A DNA stretch of 64,000 nt from the NCBI GenBank assembly GCA_965221165.1, contig CBDCRP010000002.1, positions 256,001 to 320,000 of the forward strand. Reading direction: 5' to 3'. The position numbers were made by a program, and so were the translations under genes. Positions 62,932 through 64,000 of the stretch are shown one piece after another. The notes under the pieces are model-generated. The model did no database searches. It was not told where the DNA came from and was given only the letters and a program-made list of their open reading frames with translations. This stretch comes from a bacterium. GTDB lineage: Bacteria; UBA8248. How positions within the stretch are numbered: the first letter of the stretch is position 1; each line of letters opens with the position of its first letter.

Positions 62932-64000
62932 ATGGCCCCAGCCAAGATATTCAACGTTTTTGCGATTGCGGGCAGCCACGCCATCAACGCCTTCTACACG
63001 CAGCTTCTGATACCCGTGCTCCCGCTCATCGTCGCGGAATTCGAGCTCAACTACGTGCAGGCGGGCCTCATCGTGACGACCTACTCGGTGGCGAACAGCG
63101 TCTTTCAGTTCCCCCTTTCCTTCATATCGGACTACACCCGGCGCTGGCGTACCGTCCTGGCCCTCTCACTCCTCACCCAGGCGCTGCCCGTTCTGCTCTA
63201 CGGCTACGCGGAGAACTACTCCTTGCTGCTGTTGTTCGTCTTCATCGGCGGAATCGGGAGCGCGGCCTATCATCCGCCGGCCGTCGCGCTCATCACGCGC
63301 GAACTGCCCGATAGGCGCGGGTTCTGCACGGGCCTGTTCAACGGCGGGGGCGAAATGGGGAACATCATCTCGCCCGCCATCGTCGGCTGGCTCGCCGTCT
63401 ATCTGGCGAGTTGGCGCCTCGCGGCGCAGTTCTACGTCATACCCGGCGTCTTATGGGCGGCGCTCATCTGGTTTCGTTTTCAGGATCAGATGGGAGAGCG
63501 CGTGCCCTTCCGCCAGGCGGCGAGGTCCACTTTCGGCGCCTTGTTCGGCAACAAGTCTTTGATGCTGCTCATCGCCCTCTCCTCGTTCCGGATCATGGGG
63601 TATCGCGGCTTCATGGCCTTTTTGCCTCTCCTTCTGGCGGAGCAATTCGGCTTCGACACCAAAGGGGTGGGCTGGCTGCTCAGCGTCTATTTCCTCATAG
63701 GTTCGACAACGTCCATCCTCATCGGCAGGTGGTCGGACAACACGGGCAGGACCAGGCTCATCGTCGTGCTCACATTCATGTGCGCCATCGCCATGGCCTC
63801 CCTCACGTGGGTCTCGAGCCTCACGACGCTGCTGCTCGCGCTTTTTGCCGTCGCCTGCATCCTCACGCCGGTGCCGAGCCTCGTGCTGGCGATCGGCACG
63901 GAACTCGTGGACGAGCGGGTGCGCTCGAGTTCGGTGGGAATGATCTATGGCTTCAACGAGGGCGCAAGCGCACTCTCACCGCTCGTCGGTGGCCTGGTGG
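62932..64000 (+). CDS. MFS transporter (Fsr-like), runs off window
   Basis: Manual translation MAPAKIFNVFAIAGSHAINAFYTQLLIPVLPLI..., GSAAYHPP; absent from the ORF track because no stop falls in the window. Confidence 0.85.
   Translation, partial: MAPAKIFNVFAIAGSHAINAFYTQLLIPVLPLIVAEFELNYVQAGLIVTTYSVANSVFQFPLSFISDYTRRWRTVLALSLLTQALPVLLYGYAENYSLLLLFVFIGGIGSAAYHPPAVALITRELPDRRGFCTGLFNGGGEMGNIISPAIVGWLAVYLASWRLAAQFYVIPGVLWAALIWFRFQDQMGERVPFRQAARSTFGALFGNKSLMLLIALSSFRIMGYRGFMAFLPLLLAEQFGFDTKGVGWLLSVYFLIGSTTSILIGRWSDNTGRTRLIVVLTFMCAIAMASLTWVSSLTTLLLALFAVACILTPVPSLVLAIGTELVDERVRSSSVGMIYGFNEGASALSPLVGGLV

Overview
Bacterial chromosomal window of about 60 genes. Gene content and synteny resemble Nitrospinota/Tectomicrobia/Desulfobacterota-type genomes (inference). 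It mixes housekeeping genes (efp, aroQ, aroB, pilM, dusB, tsaD, ctpA, tkt, eno, nrdR, rpiB, dksA, rsfS, nadD, proB, obgE, rpmA, rplU, mnmA, leuA, rsmD, pepA) with many small-molecule catabolic genes. No rRNA, tRNA, CRISPR array or transposase was seen. Main observations: (1) an AtzA/TriA-like amidohydrolase directly upstream of an AtzD/barbiturase-family ring-opening hydrolase with a mosaic active site, next to VOC, RidA, flavoprotein, cyclase and MFS genes, a candidate undescribed N-heterocycle (s-triazine/pyrimidine) catabolic system; (2) a stand-alone transcription unit with near-consensus promoter, 31-codon ORF and terminator that the ORF track misses; (3) a ~20 kb low-GC block of core genes bracketed by inverted, 10-bp-phased repeat arrays; (4) a lower-GC DUF4062+HEAT gene flanked by REP-like hairpins (candidate defence gene); (5) a DnaA-box cluster at 44.2-44.45 kb (candidate oriC). 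All homology calls come from motif recognition and recall, not database searches. GC statements are by-eye estimates from sampled lines.
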